A stretch of DNA of 64,000 nt. It comes from an uncultured bacterium (GTDB lineage: Bacteria; Patescibacteriota; Minisyncoccia; Phycocordibacterales; CAIZLB01). Location of the stretch: the NCBI GenBank assembly GCA_903821355.1, contig CAIJKW010000022.1:423-64422 (forward strand), read 5' to 3'. The translations under genes were made by a program, and so were the position numbers. Each line of letters starts with the position of its first letter. Positions within the stretch are counted from its first letter, which is position 1. This document shows positions 49,556 through 59,398 of the stretch, piece after piece. Under the pieces are notes generated by a model. It did no database searches, was not told the origin of the DNA, and saw only the letters and a program-made list of their open reading frames with translations.

Positions 49556-50026
49556 ATGTTTAACATCGCACTTATCGCAACGCTAGTTGTACTTGTTGGA
49601 TTAACTTTTTACAAAGGAAGAGGCACAATGTTTTCATTAATAATTGCATTTTATCCAACCGCAGTAATTTTTGATTCATTCCGTCCATATCTGTCAAAAG
49701 TGATAATTGCAAAGGATACAGCTTTTCATATGTACTTATCTCAAGCGCTAGTATTTTTAGTTATTTTTGCACTAGTGTTTTTGGTAACAAGAAGGCTAAG
49801 CCACTATGAAGGATCCAGAGGCGGAGTTGCCGGATTCATAGACGCACTTTTACTTTCCGTTTCCATAATTCTTTTAGTTATGACGATAACATTCCACATT
49901 CTTCCAGCCACAGACATATACAGCCTTACAGCAGACATAAGAGACTTCTTTAAGTCAGGATTGGGCTACTTAGTTTGTGTTTTAGCCCCAATTGTCGTAT
50001 TGTTAACCATGACAAGGAGGATATAA
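49556..50026 (+). CDS. 4-TM membrane protein (CvpA-like topology)
   Basis: Hydrophobic helices; family call tentative. Confidence 0.5.
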   Translation: MFNIALIATLVVLVGLTFYKGRGTMFSLIIAFYPTAVIFDSFRPYLSKVIIAKDTAFHMYLSQALVFLVIFALVFLVTRRLSHYEGSRGGVAGFIDALLLSVSIILLVMTITFHILPATDIYSLTADIRDFFKSGLGYLVCVLAPIVVLLTMTRRI

Positions 50027-50128
50027 TAAAAACCCTCAAAATAGCTATATTTATAGGTATGCGTGGACGGCACATAAATAGTAATCGAAAGATTTATAGG
50101 TATAAAGGTGTCACAAAAACAATAATTT

Positions 50129-51418
50129 ATGAAAAATAAAATGGACTTATACTGCGCTACTTTTGTAAGTGGTGGACAGCAAATAATAGAAAGACAGCTC
50201 AAGAAGAAGCCCGCCAACAGGTTTAAAATTGTTGAGGTTCTTGACGGTATGGTTATTTTTGAGACCGATTACACTCCGCACGAGCTTAGGCAGATGCGTT
50301 TTTTAACCAATCTCTTTGTTATCTTAAACGGTCTATATTTTAAAGAAGATATGTCTTTTGAAAATCTATTCAAGAGATTTATAAATGATGGCGTACACAA
50401 TAAATCGCACATTAAAACTCTACTTGGAAAACACAGGGAGACTTTTAAAATTGTCGTTTCAGAAAATAATCAAACAATTGGTTTTGACAGAGTTTATCTA
50501 CAAAAAGCGGAAACGGTTGTTGAAAAAGATTTGGGAATGAAACTTTCCGTCAGGGAGCCCCAAAGAGAGCTTTGGTTCATGAGAAGAAACAAAATTAGAG
50601 TTGATAAGAACGAAATCGAAGAAGAAAACGATGAAGAGTGGAATGCCGCAGTTGCTAAAGCATCAGCGGATAAGGCAAAAATTGATTCTAAGGGTAAAAA
50701 AGGAAACTCAAAAGACAAAGACGAATCAGAGAAAAATGAATCTGGAAACAATGAACTAGCAAGTCTCGGGGAGATACTGGAACCAAAAAATAAAAATATC
50801 AGACTAATTTGTGCACTTAGACTTACTCAACTTTCTGAAGATAAAAAACATCACAGAGCAGGTGAACTTCCTCCAGAGATTGCTGAACTTTTGATATTGG
50901 AATCAAATCCAACCCCAAAAGATATTATTCTTGATCCATTTTGTGGCTATGGAGGAATTCTAAAAGAGCGTGTTCATTTTAATGCATATAGAAAAGCAAT
51001 TGGTATTGACTCACACGAGAGAGCAATAGAAGGTATTCATAAGGAATTAAATAGACAAATCAACACGAGAAAGAATATTCAACTAATTCATGGAGACTTT
51101 TTCGATCAAGGAGAAGCTGTGATTCCAAAAGCATCAATAACAAAAATTATTACTGATCCACCATGGACAAGCTTTAGAGGTAAAAGTGTTTTAAAAGATC
51201 ATGCATTTGAAAATAATCAGATTGATTATCAAGAAATGTTAAAGAAATTTGAGTATGTTTTAATGAAGGGCGGAAAAGCCATAATTCTGATAGTGGGGGA
51301 CAAGGAGGAATTTGAAAATAATCTTTTCAATTTTCAAAAGACACTAAAGCTAGATAGAACAGCTCATATTTTGGTTTCTGGTAAAAAAGCAGGGATTTAT
51401 ACGATTTCTAGACAATAG
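50129..51418 (+). CDS. SAM-dependent RNA methyltransferase (Trm11/Trm14-like)
   Basis: ILDPFCGYGGI (motif I), ITDPPW (motif IV); charged insertion in the middle. Confidence 0.8.
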   Translation: MKNKMDLYCATFVSGGQQIIERQLKKKPANRFKIVEVLDGMVIFETDYTPHELRQMRFLTNLFVILNGLYFKEDMSFENLFKRFINDGVHNKSHIKTLLGKHRETFKIVVSENNQTIGFDRVYLQKAETVVEKDLGMKLSVREPQRELWFMRRNKIRVDKNEIEEENDEEWNAAVAKASADKAKIDSKGKKGNSKDKDESEKNESGNNELASLGEILEPKNKNIRLICALRLTQLSEDKKHHRAGELPPEIAELLILESNPTPKDIILDPFCGYGGILKERVHFNAYRKAIGIDSHERAIEGIHKELNRQINTRKNIQLIHGDFFDQGEAVIPKASITKIITDPPWTSFRGKSVLKDHAFENNQIDYQEMLKKFEYVLMKGGKAIILIVGDKEEFENNLFNFQKTLKLDRTAHILVSGKKAGIYTISRQ

Positions 51419-51435
51419 GACTTAAATATGATGTA

Positions 51436-51786
51436 ATGCCTAGCGGAGGCACAAAAACTGGCCCGAGCCGACCAGCCTCTATTTCAATCTCAAGACACTC
51501 AGACAACCAACCCCCAAGAGAAATGCTCAAACCATATGTGATAGATGAACCTTTTTTTGAAGCAGATGAGGTCAGAAAAATTTGTCCCATTTGCAAAATT
51601 CGCTGGGCTACCGGCGCAGCAATGGGCACAAGAGGAAGAAGAAGACACTTCAAGATCATCAGCTTTTTTCACTGCAGAAACCCCATATGCATTGAAATAG
51701 CTAATAACACAGCAAAGCTTCGGCCGATTAGAAAGATATCGGCACAAGAAATAAGGCGTAATTTATACACTTTCCTGCTTAAGTAA
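51436..51786 (+). CDS. Hypothetical protein with possible Zn ribbon
   Basis: CPIC...HCRNPIC; followed by long hairpin aaaccgtccaac...gttgggcggtttt (51802-51857). Confidence 0.5.
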   Translation: MPSGGTKTGPSRPASISISRHSDNQPPREMLKPYVIDEPFFEADEVRKICPICKIRWATGAAMGTRGRRRHFKIISFFHCRNPICIEIANNTAKLRPIRKISAQEIRRNLYTFLLK

Positions 51787-51942
51787 CAACCAAAAAAACC
51801 CAAACCGTCCAACAGGCCGCACTTCGTTTTTACGAGGTAGACTAGTTGGGCGGTTTTACGTTCTCATGCCATACTTTTTAGAAATTCGTCAAATACTCAT
51901 TAAAAAATTGCGGCAACTTCATATTTATACTATTATAATCAC

Positions 51943-53379
51943 ATGGCAAACGAAACTAATAAAATAACCCCAAGATCTGAGGATTATTCAGAATGGTACT
52001 TAGATGTAATAGCGGCTGCGGACCTCGCAGAATATAGTCCAGTGAAAGGCTGCATGATAATCAAACCTACCGGCTATGCAATTTGGGAGAATATGCAAAA
52101 AGACCTAGACGCTAGATTCAAAGAAGTTGATGTAGAAAATGCATACTTTCCACTATTCATTCCAGAGCGTTTTTTGAATAAAGAAAAAGATCACGTAGAA
52201 GGCTTTGCGCCTGAAGTTGCAGTCGTTACTCACGCCGGTGGAAAAAAGCTAGATGAACCATTGGTAATCAGACCAACATCGGAAACAATAATGTATGATA
52301 CGTTTTCAAAATGGATTCAATCGTATAGAGACCTACCTCTACTTATAAATCAATGGGCTAATGTTGTACGATGGGAAATGCGTCCTCGTCTATTTTTGCG
52401 TACTGTAGAATTTCTATGGCAAGAAGGTCACACTGTCCACGAGACAGAAGAAGAGGCAGATCAAAGAGCACGCCAGATGCTTGAAATATATAAGCAGTTT
52501 GCAGAAGAAGTTTTGGCAATTCCAGTAATTTTAGGAATTAAGTCAGATTCGGAAAAATTTGCTGGTGCATTTAAGACATATTGTGTTGAAGCAATTATGC
52601 AAGACGGAAAGGCGTTGCAATTTGGAACATCGCATCACCTAGGACAAAATTTTGCTAAAGCTTTTGATGTAAAATTCTTAGGAAGAAACAATACTATGGA
52701 ATACGGATGGCAAACAAGTTGGGGAGTTAGCACAAGGATGATTGGCGGGCTTATTATGACTCACTCGGATGATAAAGGATTGGTTCTTCCTCCAAAAATT
52801 GCTGGGCTACAGGTTATAATCACAACAATAATTAATAACGATGAAGACAGAGAAGCAATCATCGACAAAGCGGAAGAAGTTTCTTCATGGCTAAAAGAAG
52901 AGGGGATTAAAGTCAAAATTGATAAAAGAGATATTCGTCCAGGAGAAAAGTTTTACGAATGGGAAAGAAAGGGTGTTCCTGTTAGATTGGAGCTTGGCAA
53001 GAAAGATTTGGCAAACAATACTTTGTTTATGGCAAGACGCGACACGGGAGAAAAAACTTCAATATCAGCGGACGATGTTGTTGTTACGGTCGCAAAAACC
53101 CTTGAAGATATTCAGACTAATCTATTTGATAAGGCAGTTGCATATAGAAAGGAAAAGGAAAGGACTGTTGATACTTGGGAAGATTTTGTAAAAGAAATAG
53201 AAGCAGGGAACTTTGTTCATGCCCACTGGTGTGGCGATGCTGAAGTTGAAGCACAGATTAAAGAAGAAACGGCTGCAACAATCAGATGTATTCCATTTAG
53301 CCAAAAGATGGAAGACGGCATTTGTATTAAATCTGGCAAGCCATCAAAAGGCAGGGTGATTTTTGCGAAGTCGTACTAA
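51943..53379 (+). CDS. proS: Proline--tRNA ligase (archaeal/eukaryotic type)
   Basis: [47 protein letters not shown]-terminal AKSY. Confidence 0.98.
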   Translation: MANETNKITPRSEDYSEWYLDVIAAADLAEYSPVKGCMIIKPTGYAIWENMQKDLDARFKEVDVENAYFPLFIPERFLNKEKDHVEGFAPEVAVVTHAGGKKLDEPLVIRPTSETIMYDTFSKWIQSYRDLPLLINQWANVVRWEMRPRLFLRTVEFLWQEGHTVHETEEEADQRARQMLEIYKQFAEEVLAIPVILGIKSDSEKFAGAFKTYCVEAIMQDGKALQFGTSHHLGQNFAKAFDVKFLGRNNTMEYGWQTSWGVSTRMIGGLIMTHSDDKGLVLPPKIAGLQVIITTIINNDEDREAIIDKAEEVSSWLKEEGIKVKIDKRDIRPGEKFYEWERKGVPVRLELGKKDLANNTLFMARRDTGEKTSISADDVVVTVAKTLEDIQTNLFDKAVAYRKEKERTVDTWEDFVKEIEAGNFVHAHWCGDAEVEAQIKEETAATIRCIPFSQKMEDGICIKSGKPSKGRVIFAKSY

Positions 53380-53422
53380 CACATCCAAATTCCAATATAT
53401 TATTAAAAAAGTTAATAAAAAA

Positions 53423-53968
53423 ATGACATTCGAAATAAAAATAAATGATAAATTATCTCTTAAGATGCCCACAATGGAGGACTCTCAAGAAATATATAAA
53501 GTTGTAGACAAAGATAGAAACCATTTGAAAAAATGGTTAGCTTGGGTTGATAAAACAACATCAGTGAAAAATATTGAAGATAATACAACAGAGAGAATTG
53601 AGAAATTTGCTAAAAAGGAAGCTGCTTCATTTTATGCAAGATATGAAGATAAATGGATTGCGTCTGTCGGTTTTATCAGCATCGATGATACTAATAAACG
53701 TGGCGAAATAGGATATTGGTTAAGTTCAGAGTTTGAAGGACGAGGACTTATGACAGAATGTGTTAAAGCTTCAATAAATTATGGATTTAATGATCTTGGA
53801 CTCCATAGAATATTAATCAGATGTAGTGTCAACAATTTAAAAAGCGCTGCCATTCCAAAAAGGCTTGGCTTTATACTTGAAGGAACGTCCAGAGAAGATC
53901 ATAAAACAGAAGATGATTTTGAAGATACATTTATGTGGAGCATTTTGGAAGGAGAATGGAAGGAGTAA
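53423..53968 (+). CDS. GNAT acetyltransferase (RimJ/RimL family)
   Basis: HLKKWLAW, GEIGYWL..FEGRG, NNLKS.AIPKRLGF..EG. Confidence 0.9.
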   Translation: MTFEIKINDKLSLKMPTMEDSQEIYKVVDKDRNHLKKWLAWVDKTTSVKNIEDNTTERIEKFAKKEAASFYARYEDKWIASVGFISIDDTNKRGEIGYWLSSEFEGRGLMTECVKASINYGFNDLGLHRILIRCSVNNLKSAAIPKRLGFILEGTSREDHKTEDDFEDTFMWSILEGEWKE

Positions 53969-54001
53969 TGCATCTTTTATTTATCTGAATTAAATAAACC
54001 A

Positions 54002-54541
54002 ATGAAATCCCCACAGATAAAATCTCCAAATTACACCATCCGTCCTTTTGAGAAAGAGGATGCTTTGTTGTGGCAAAAATGGGACACAGATCCTGAGATT
54101 CAAGCCCACATGCCAGAGCTTAGAAATGAAGCGCAGGATATATCCACTCAGTATGAATACATTGAGGAATGTGAGAATGATGAAGACGGATACTATTGGT
54201 CAATAGAAACAAGGGACAGGACAACCATCGGAATAGTTTCTTTGTTTGAAATTGATCCGCACCACAAGACCGTTGATTTAGGTATCGTAATAGGGGATAA
54301 GGAATATTGGGGAAAGGGAGTAGCTACAGAAGTAGTAAATACGATTAAAGAATATGCTTTTAATACATTAGGAATAGCAAGAATTAGCGCCGAAGTTGAA
54401 GAGGACAATCTTCCAATGAAGAAAGTCTTTGAGAAAACTGGTTTTGAACAGGATGGAGTATTTAGAAATGCTAGGGCTAAGAATGGAAAGAGGATTAATG
54501 TGTTACATTTTGGGATTTGTAATACAAAACAAAGACTATAA
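54002..54541 (+). CDS. GNAT acetyltransferase (RimJ/RimL family)
   Basis: GIVIGDKEYWGKGVA, N..MKKVFEKTGF..DG. Confidence 0.9.
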   Translation: MKSPQIKSPNYTIRPFEKEDALLWQKWDTDPEIQAHMPELRNEAQDISTQYEYIEECENDEDGYYWSIETRDRTTIGIVSLFEIDPHHKTVDLGIVIGDKEYWGKGVATEVVNTIKEYAFNTLGIARISAEVEEDNLPMKKVFEKTGFEQDGVFRNARAKNGKRINVLHFGICNTKQRL

Positions 54542-54643
54542 ATTCTTGACAATGTTGTTTGGGGGTATATGATACTCGGTAGACGAGAACATCCTGTTTT
54601 TGTCTTCTAAAGAACAATTAACTAAAGAGAAAGGAGAATCTAT

Positions 54644-54727
54644 ATGGGCAAATCAAAAGAGGTCAAGATTAGGCCACAACCGCGTCCAACCCCAAAACCC
54701 AAAACCGGCAACACTCGTGGACGATAA
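54644..54727 (+). CDS. 27-aa Pro/Arg/Lys-rich peptide (missed by ORF track)
   Basis: MGKSKEVKIRPQPRPTPKPKTGNTRGR. AAGGAG SD, TTGACA-16-TATGAT promoter (54546-54573), TAA TAA stop, hairpin aaggcgaccg...cggtcgcttt downstream. Confidence 0.65.
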   Translation: MGKSKEVKIRPQPRPTPKPKTGNTRGR

Positions 54728-54859
54728 TAATACGTCCACAATTCAAAGGCGACCGATCGGAATAACATCTGGCGGTCGCTTTTACATTGCTTTTTGATCC
54801 AACATAGCTTTTGCGTTGGTTGATTGTTAAAATAAGTAATTTTTGCTACAATTTCTGAA

Positions 54860-56107
54860 ATGATAACGTCTAATAAATATAAAAAACATATATCTGAAAA
54901 TAGTAGCTTTATTGAGATAAACTCTCTTTTGTTAATCAAAAACGCTGTCTCAGTACAATTTAACGTTGGGTCAATTCATGATCCTAAAACAAAAGAAGGG
55001 GTGGCACATTTTTTGGAACATTTGATACTGCAGGTAAATAATAAAGATAGAGCTTATATTAATAGAGAAAAAAAAGGTCTGTATATTAATGGCTTTACAG
55101 AAAAAGAAAGGACAATCTATGTTGCGTCTAGTTATATACTATCTGCTGAAGAAATCATTAAGGAATTGTTAAAATCATTAAATTTCGACCTCAAAAAAAA
55201 TGCCTTGAAAATAGAATTGGAAACCATATCCTCTGAAATTTTAGAGTCAAAGTCAGACCCTGTTAATCAAAATTTCAATAAGGCGTTAAATGAATGTGTA
55301 AAGAAATTTATGAATTTGAATCCTTATAACCATGATATTTTAGGTACTGAAAAAAGCATAAAAAATATTACTATTCAGGATGTAAAAAAACATATAGATA
55401 CTTACTACCTTAATCCAATAATTTCCGTAACTTCTTCTGTCGCTTTAGATAAAAATTCAATAGAATCTATTTTTTCGCATATTAAGAACAAAGGATTAAA
55501 GTTCAAGGAAGAGAAGCTTGAGGTGGTTGAATCAACTGATCCGTTAGAATCTACAACCTTTGAATTTGTCAACAAAAACACACAAGTTTTTGGTATATGT
55601 TTAAATAACTCAAATAGAGAGAACGAGGATTTATACTTAAGCGTTCTAAAGGGGTATCTAGCTTATAACTCCTCTTCAGTTTGTAATCAAAAAATGAGAT
55701 TTGATAAACAATTGACTTATTTTGTAAATAATTTCTGTCAGATATTTAATAACTTTTCTTTTCTGTTCATCCAATATGATGTATTGAAGAAGAATAAAGA
55801 AAAAGCAAAAAAAGAATATTATAAAATAGCAAATGAGCTAGGTCGTGGTAAGGTAGACAGAGATATATTTTATGCATCAAAAAGTATGTTGTTATCTCAT
55901 CTACGTGATCTACTTACTGATGGAGAAAATATGTTGGATGATTTTATGGACTTCAATCAAAATATGAACATAATCAGAAGGAAAAATGGTGATTTTTATA
56001 CCATAGATAAATTTATTGATTCCGTTGAAAAACTTACTATGGAAGATTTCACCGAGTATATAAAAAAGATTTTTAAACAAGACGGTGTGCCGTTCCGCGC
56101 CGAATAA
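54860..56107 (+). CDS. M16 (insulinase-family) zinc peptidase
   Basis: VGSIHD...GVAHFLEHL (HxxEH), NGFT, ILGT.KSI. Confidence 0.85.
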   Translation: MITSNKYKKHISENSSFIEINSLLLIKNAVSVQFNVGSIHDPKTKEGVAHFLEHLILQVNNKDRAYINREKKGLYINGFTEKERTIYVASSYILSAEEIIKELLKSLNFDLKKNALKIELETISSEILESKSDPVNQNFNKALNECVKKFMNLNPYNHDILGTEKSIKNITIQDVKKHIDTYYLNPIISVTSSVALDKNSIESIFSHIKNKGLKFKEEKLEVVESTDPLESTTFEFVNKNTQVFGICLNNSNRENEDLYLSVLKGYLAYNSSSVCNQKMRFDKQLTYFVNNFCQIFNNFSFLFIQYDVLKKNKEKAKKEYYKIANELGRGKVDRDIFYASKSMLLSHLRDLLTDGENMLDDFMDFNQNMNIIRRKNGDFYTIDKFIDSVEKLTMEDFTEYIKKIFKQDGVPFRAE

Positions 56108-56192
56108 ATCTGATATATTAGAAATTAACAGTAAAAATAACCTTCCCAAACATAAAGATAAATAAAATTCTTAAGCATAAAGTAAGATTGTA

Positions 56193-56666
56193 TCAAAGAT
56201 TGATTTTTAACGTGGAAAAGTCTGAAGGAAATATCTCTAGTATTTTTTCTGAAGTTTCTTCTAATTGATTATCAAAAAGAAGATAATCATTCAGTTGAGA
56301 AAAAGGAACCCATTTATAAGCCTTAACTTCACTTTCTTGAAGTACTATTTCACTATCGTTTCCAATAAATTTAAAGCCGAAGAAATTTCTTTCTGACCCG
56401 TCATACTCTATACCTTCACGTGTCACCTTAATCACTTTAAATTTAAATTTTAAAGGTTGGCTACTTTTATCCACATATTCAAGTGATTTTTCTATGATAC
56501 CCAGCTCCTCTTTTATTTCTCTGTAAATTGCCTCTTCTAGGGTTTCTCCTTCTTCTACACCACCTCCTGGGACGGCAAAATACTTATCTTCAAAAGATTT
56601 TAGATTGACCAGCAAAAATTCTTTATTTTTGTTAATTATTAGCGCTGAAACTCCTTTTCTGTACAT
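56193..56666 (-). CDS. NUDIX hydrolase (RppH/Ap4A-like)
   Basis: YRKGV, PGGGVEEGETLEEAIYREIKEELG. Confidence 0.9.
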   Translation of the reverse strand: MYRKGVSALIINKNKEFLLVNLKSFEDKYFAVPGGGVEEGETLEEAIYREIKEELGIIEKSLEYVDKSSQPLKFKFKVIKVTREGIEYDGSERNFFGFKFIGNDSEIVLQESEVKAYKWVPFSQLNDYLLFDNQLEETSEKILEIFPSDFSTLKINL

Positions 56667-56772
56667 ATAAAAATAGTATCATGAAAAATTAAAAAGTCAT
56701 ACTGAATGGAGTTTGTAATACTAGATAAATACTATAAATGAAGTTTCTTTGTATTTTTGTTATACTGTAAAA

Positions 56773-57192
56773 ATGAAAAATAGAATCAGGGCTACCGCTG
56801 TTGTAATAAAGAATGGGAAGGTTTTATTAATTCATAGAAAAAATGAAAAAGAATTTTATGTCTTCCCAGGAGGAGGGGTTGAAGAAGGAGAAACAGTAGA
56901 ACAAGCGATATTAAGAGAGTTAATGGAGGAAACCAGTATAAATGTAAAGATAAATAAAATTCTTGAGCATAAGATTTACGATGACGGAACTGAAAACTAT
57001 GCATATCTTTGTGATTATATATCTGGAGAACCACATCTTGCTGGCAACTCGCCAGAAAAGATTGAGATGGAAAACGGTATTGAGTACTACAATCCGATGT
57101 GGATAAAAATTAAAGATCTAGAAAATCTGACTGTTTGGCCGGAAGAGGCAAAGAGACAATTAATTAATGCATCGGGTGGCGACCGCCAATAA
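56773..57192 (+). CDS. NUDIX hydrolase
   Basis: FPGGGVEEGETVEQAILRELMEET. Confidence 0.9.
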   Translation: MKNRIRATAVVIKNGKVLLIHRKNEKEFYVFPGGGVEEGETVEQAILRELMEETSINVKINKILEHKIYDDGTENYAYLCDYISGEPHLAGNSPEKIEMENGIEYYNPMWIKIKDLENLTVWPEEAKRQLINASGGDRQ

Positions 57193-57234
57193 AACTTGCA
57201 TACATCAATAAAGTGTGGTAATATAAAAAACATT

Positions 57235-57306
57235 GTGGAAACAAAAGAACAGAAAAAATCAAATTACCCAGCAATTCCAACGTTAACTGATAATATAAAC
57301 GATTAA
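57235..57306 (+). CDS. Possible 23-aa peptide (GTG start)
   Basis: METKEQKKSNYPAIPTLTDNIND, between a TTGCAT-17-TAATAT promoter (57196-57224) and terminator tgcgac/gtcgca-T6 (57311-57336). Confidence 0.4.
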   Translation: METKEQKKSNYPAIPTLTDNIND

Positions 57307-57373
57307 AATTTGCGACCATTAAAAGTCGCATTTTTTATTGAAAAATAAACAAAAATACAATTAATAATTAACA

Positions 57374-57994
57374 ATGAATACCTTTTCCAAAATAACACAA
57401 TTCTTCGCTTGGTTTATCATATTAGGCATCTCAAGGCCTTTTTTCAAAATTGAGTTTAAAAATAGACAGAATTTAATTGGAGTTAAAGCCCCTGCAATTT
57501 TAGTATCTAACCATATCAGATTTTACGATAGTTTCTTATACAGAATCGCCGTCGGTCTATTTTCTCCACTTTCTCCACTTAGATTCATGGGTGTAAAGAG
57601 ATTTTATAACCCAGTACTTAATTTCTTGGCTAAGGTTGGTGTTGTACAAGTTATATATTTTTTAATGGGAGTCGTAACTGTTGTAACAGGACAAGGGGTA
57701 AGCAAAAATCTTGAAGGCGCAAAGAAGGCGCTTAGAGGCGGAGCGGTAATTGCAATGTTTCCTGAAGGTAGAATGTATTACGATGATACTGTCGGTCCAT
57801 TCAAGTGGGGAGCTGCAATTCTTGCAGAAGAAACTGATGCATCGTTAATTCCTTTTGCGATTAGAAAGCAAGGAAGGAGAGTTATAATTAATATTGGAAA
57901 GACTTTCGACATCGATAAACAAAAAGGTCCAACTGAAAATACAGAAATTATTAGAGACGTCGTTGTTAAATTGTTTAACGAAATTAGGTTTTAG
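57374..57994 (+). CDS. Lysophospholipid acyltransferase (PlsC-like)
   Basis: SNHIRFYD (HxxxxD), MFPEGR, FKWGA. Confidence 0.88.
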   Translation: MNTFSKITQFFAWFIILGISRPFFKIEFKNRQNLIGVKAPAILVSNHIRFYDSFLYRIAVGLFSPLSPLRFMGVKRFYNPVLNFLAKVGVVQVIYFLMGVVTVVTGQGVSKNLEGAKKALRGGAVIAMFPEGRMYYDDTVGPFKWGAAILAEETDASLIPFAIRKQGRRVIINIGKTFDIDKQKGPTENTEIIRDVVVKLFNEIRF

Positions 57995-58009
57995 GTTTAT
58001 AATCAAAAT

Positions 58010-59398
58010 ATGAAAATAGAAACGCATTCAAGGTGTGTAAAAATATCCTACGGTTTGTTAAGAAGAATAGTGGCCGTCTTTATGAAGGTCTTTCTTCTTA
58101 AAAAGACATCGGGATTCGAGAATTTTCCAAAGAACGGCCCGGCAATAATAGCGATGAACCATCAAAGCTTTTTTGACTTCTTGTCAGTAGCTGCGGTTGC
58201 GCCAAGGAACATACACTTTTTAGCAGCAGAAAAGTTTTTTGAAAATAAATATTGGAGGATATTAATGATAGCGACAGGACAAATTAAAGTTGATAGAAAA
58301 GCAGAAGATAAAACAAAGTCACTTCAAGGTATAAAAAATCATCTTGAAGCGAAGACTTTGGTAGGTATTTTTCCCGAAGGAACTAGGTCTCATTTAAAAG
58401 ATGAGATGCTCAAGGCTTTTACTGGAATAGCAAAATTTGCTCTAGAAAACAAAGTGCCGATAATTCCAGTTGGAATAACTGGTACTGACGAAGTCATGTC
58501 GAAAGGAGATAAAAAACCTAAAATTAAAAAGGTTATAGAAATTCACGTTGGGAAGCCAATGCATTTTGAAAAGTATTATGGAAAACAAGATGAAAAGGAA
58601 ATTTGTACTTTTGTCACAGAAAGAGTGATGATGGAAATAGAAAAATTGTCTGGAAAAAAATATCCTCACTGCGAGTCTCAAATGCATAACGAGTTTTGTG
58701 ATAAAAAAGTTGCTTTAATAGACTTAGATGGAACTTTGACAAAGGATCAAACTCAAAGACTTTTTATAAAACATCTTAAAGAAAATAAATATTTAACTAG
58801 AAAAGACCTATTTTTAATATATGTATGGTTTATTTTATATAAAACAGGGCTAGTAAGTAACCCAAGAAAAGCTTTGGGGTTCATTTTAAAGAAATTTATT
58901 AAAAAAAATATTTCAATAATTGAAGGTGAAGTAAATGACTTTTACGATAAAACATACAATGATAATTTGTACAAACAATCTTTAAGTCTTTGTGAAAGCT
59001 TGAAAAATGAAGGGTATTATACAATATTGACCTCTGCAGCAGTTCATCCAATCGTCAAAAAATTTGCCAATAAATTAAATTTTGATGATTATATATCCAC
59101 AGAGCTGGAAGTAAAAGAAAACATGTTAACAGGCAAGATTAAAGGGGAAGAGCATCACGGCATAAAGAAAGTTCACGCAATCTCCAATTATTTTTGTGAT
59201 AAAAAAATTAATCCAAAACAAATAATAGCTGTTAGCGATCATCATTCTGACATTCCATTATTAAATTATGCTGATTATGCAATATCTGTTAATCCAAATA
59301 AAAAACTGTTGAAATACTCTAATAAAAATAACACACCCGTGTTATACTTAAATAACGATGAACTTTTTCAGTATATCAAGTTTAATATTATCAATTAG
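58010..59398 (+). CDS. PlsC-like acyltransferase fused to a HAD-IB phosphatase
   Basis: NHQSFFD, IFPEGTRS; then IDLDGTL, LTSA, K, SDHHSDIPLL, VNP. Confidence 0.88.
   Translation: MKIETHSRCVKISYGLLRRIVAVFMKVFLLKKTSGFENFPKNGPAIIAMNHQSFFDFLSVAAVAPRNIHFLAAEKFFENKYWRILMIATGQIKVDRKAEDKTKSLQGIKNHLEAKTLVGIFPEGTRSHLKDEMLKAFTGIAKFALENKVPIIPVGITGTDEVMSKGDKKPKIKKVIEIHVGKPMHFEKYYGKQDEKEICTFVTERVMMEIEKLSGKKYPHCESQMHNEFCDKKVALIDLDGTLTKDQTQRLFIKHLKENKYLTRKDLFLIYVWFILYKTGLVSNPRKALGFILKKFIKKNISIIEGEVNDFYDKTYNDNLYKQSLSLCESLKNEGYYTILTSAAVHPIVKKFANKLNFDDYISTELEVKENMLTGKIKGEEHHGIKKVHAISNYFCDKKINPKQIIAVSDHHSDIPLLNYADYAISVNPNKKLLKYSNKNNTPVLYLNNDELFQYIKFNIIN

Noticed and set aside
51790-51860. T-box riboswitch upstream of proS
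   Set aside because: No T-box TGGNACC motif or stem I. proS has its own leaderless promoter, so this is probably the upstream gene's terminator.
54600-54797. 65-aa ORF from the track
   Set aside because: TTG start inside a hairpin and it runs through the terminator. The SD-led 27-aa frame at 54644 fits better.
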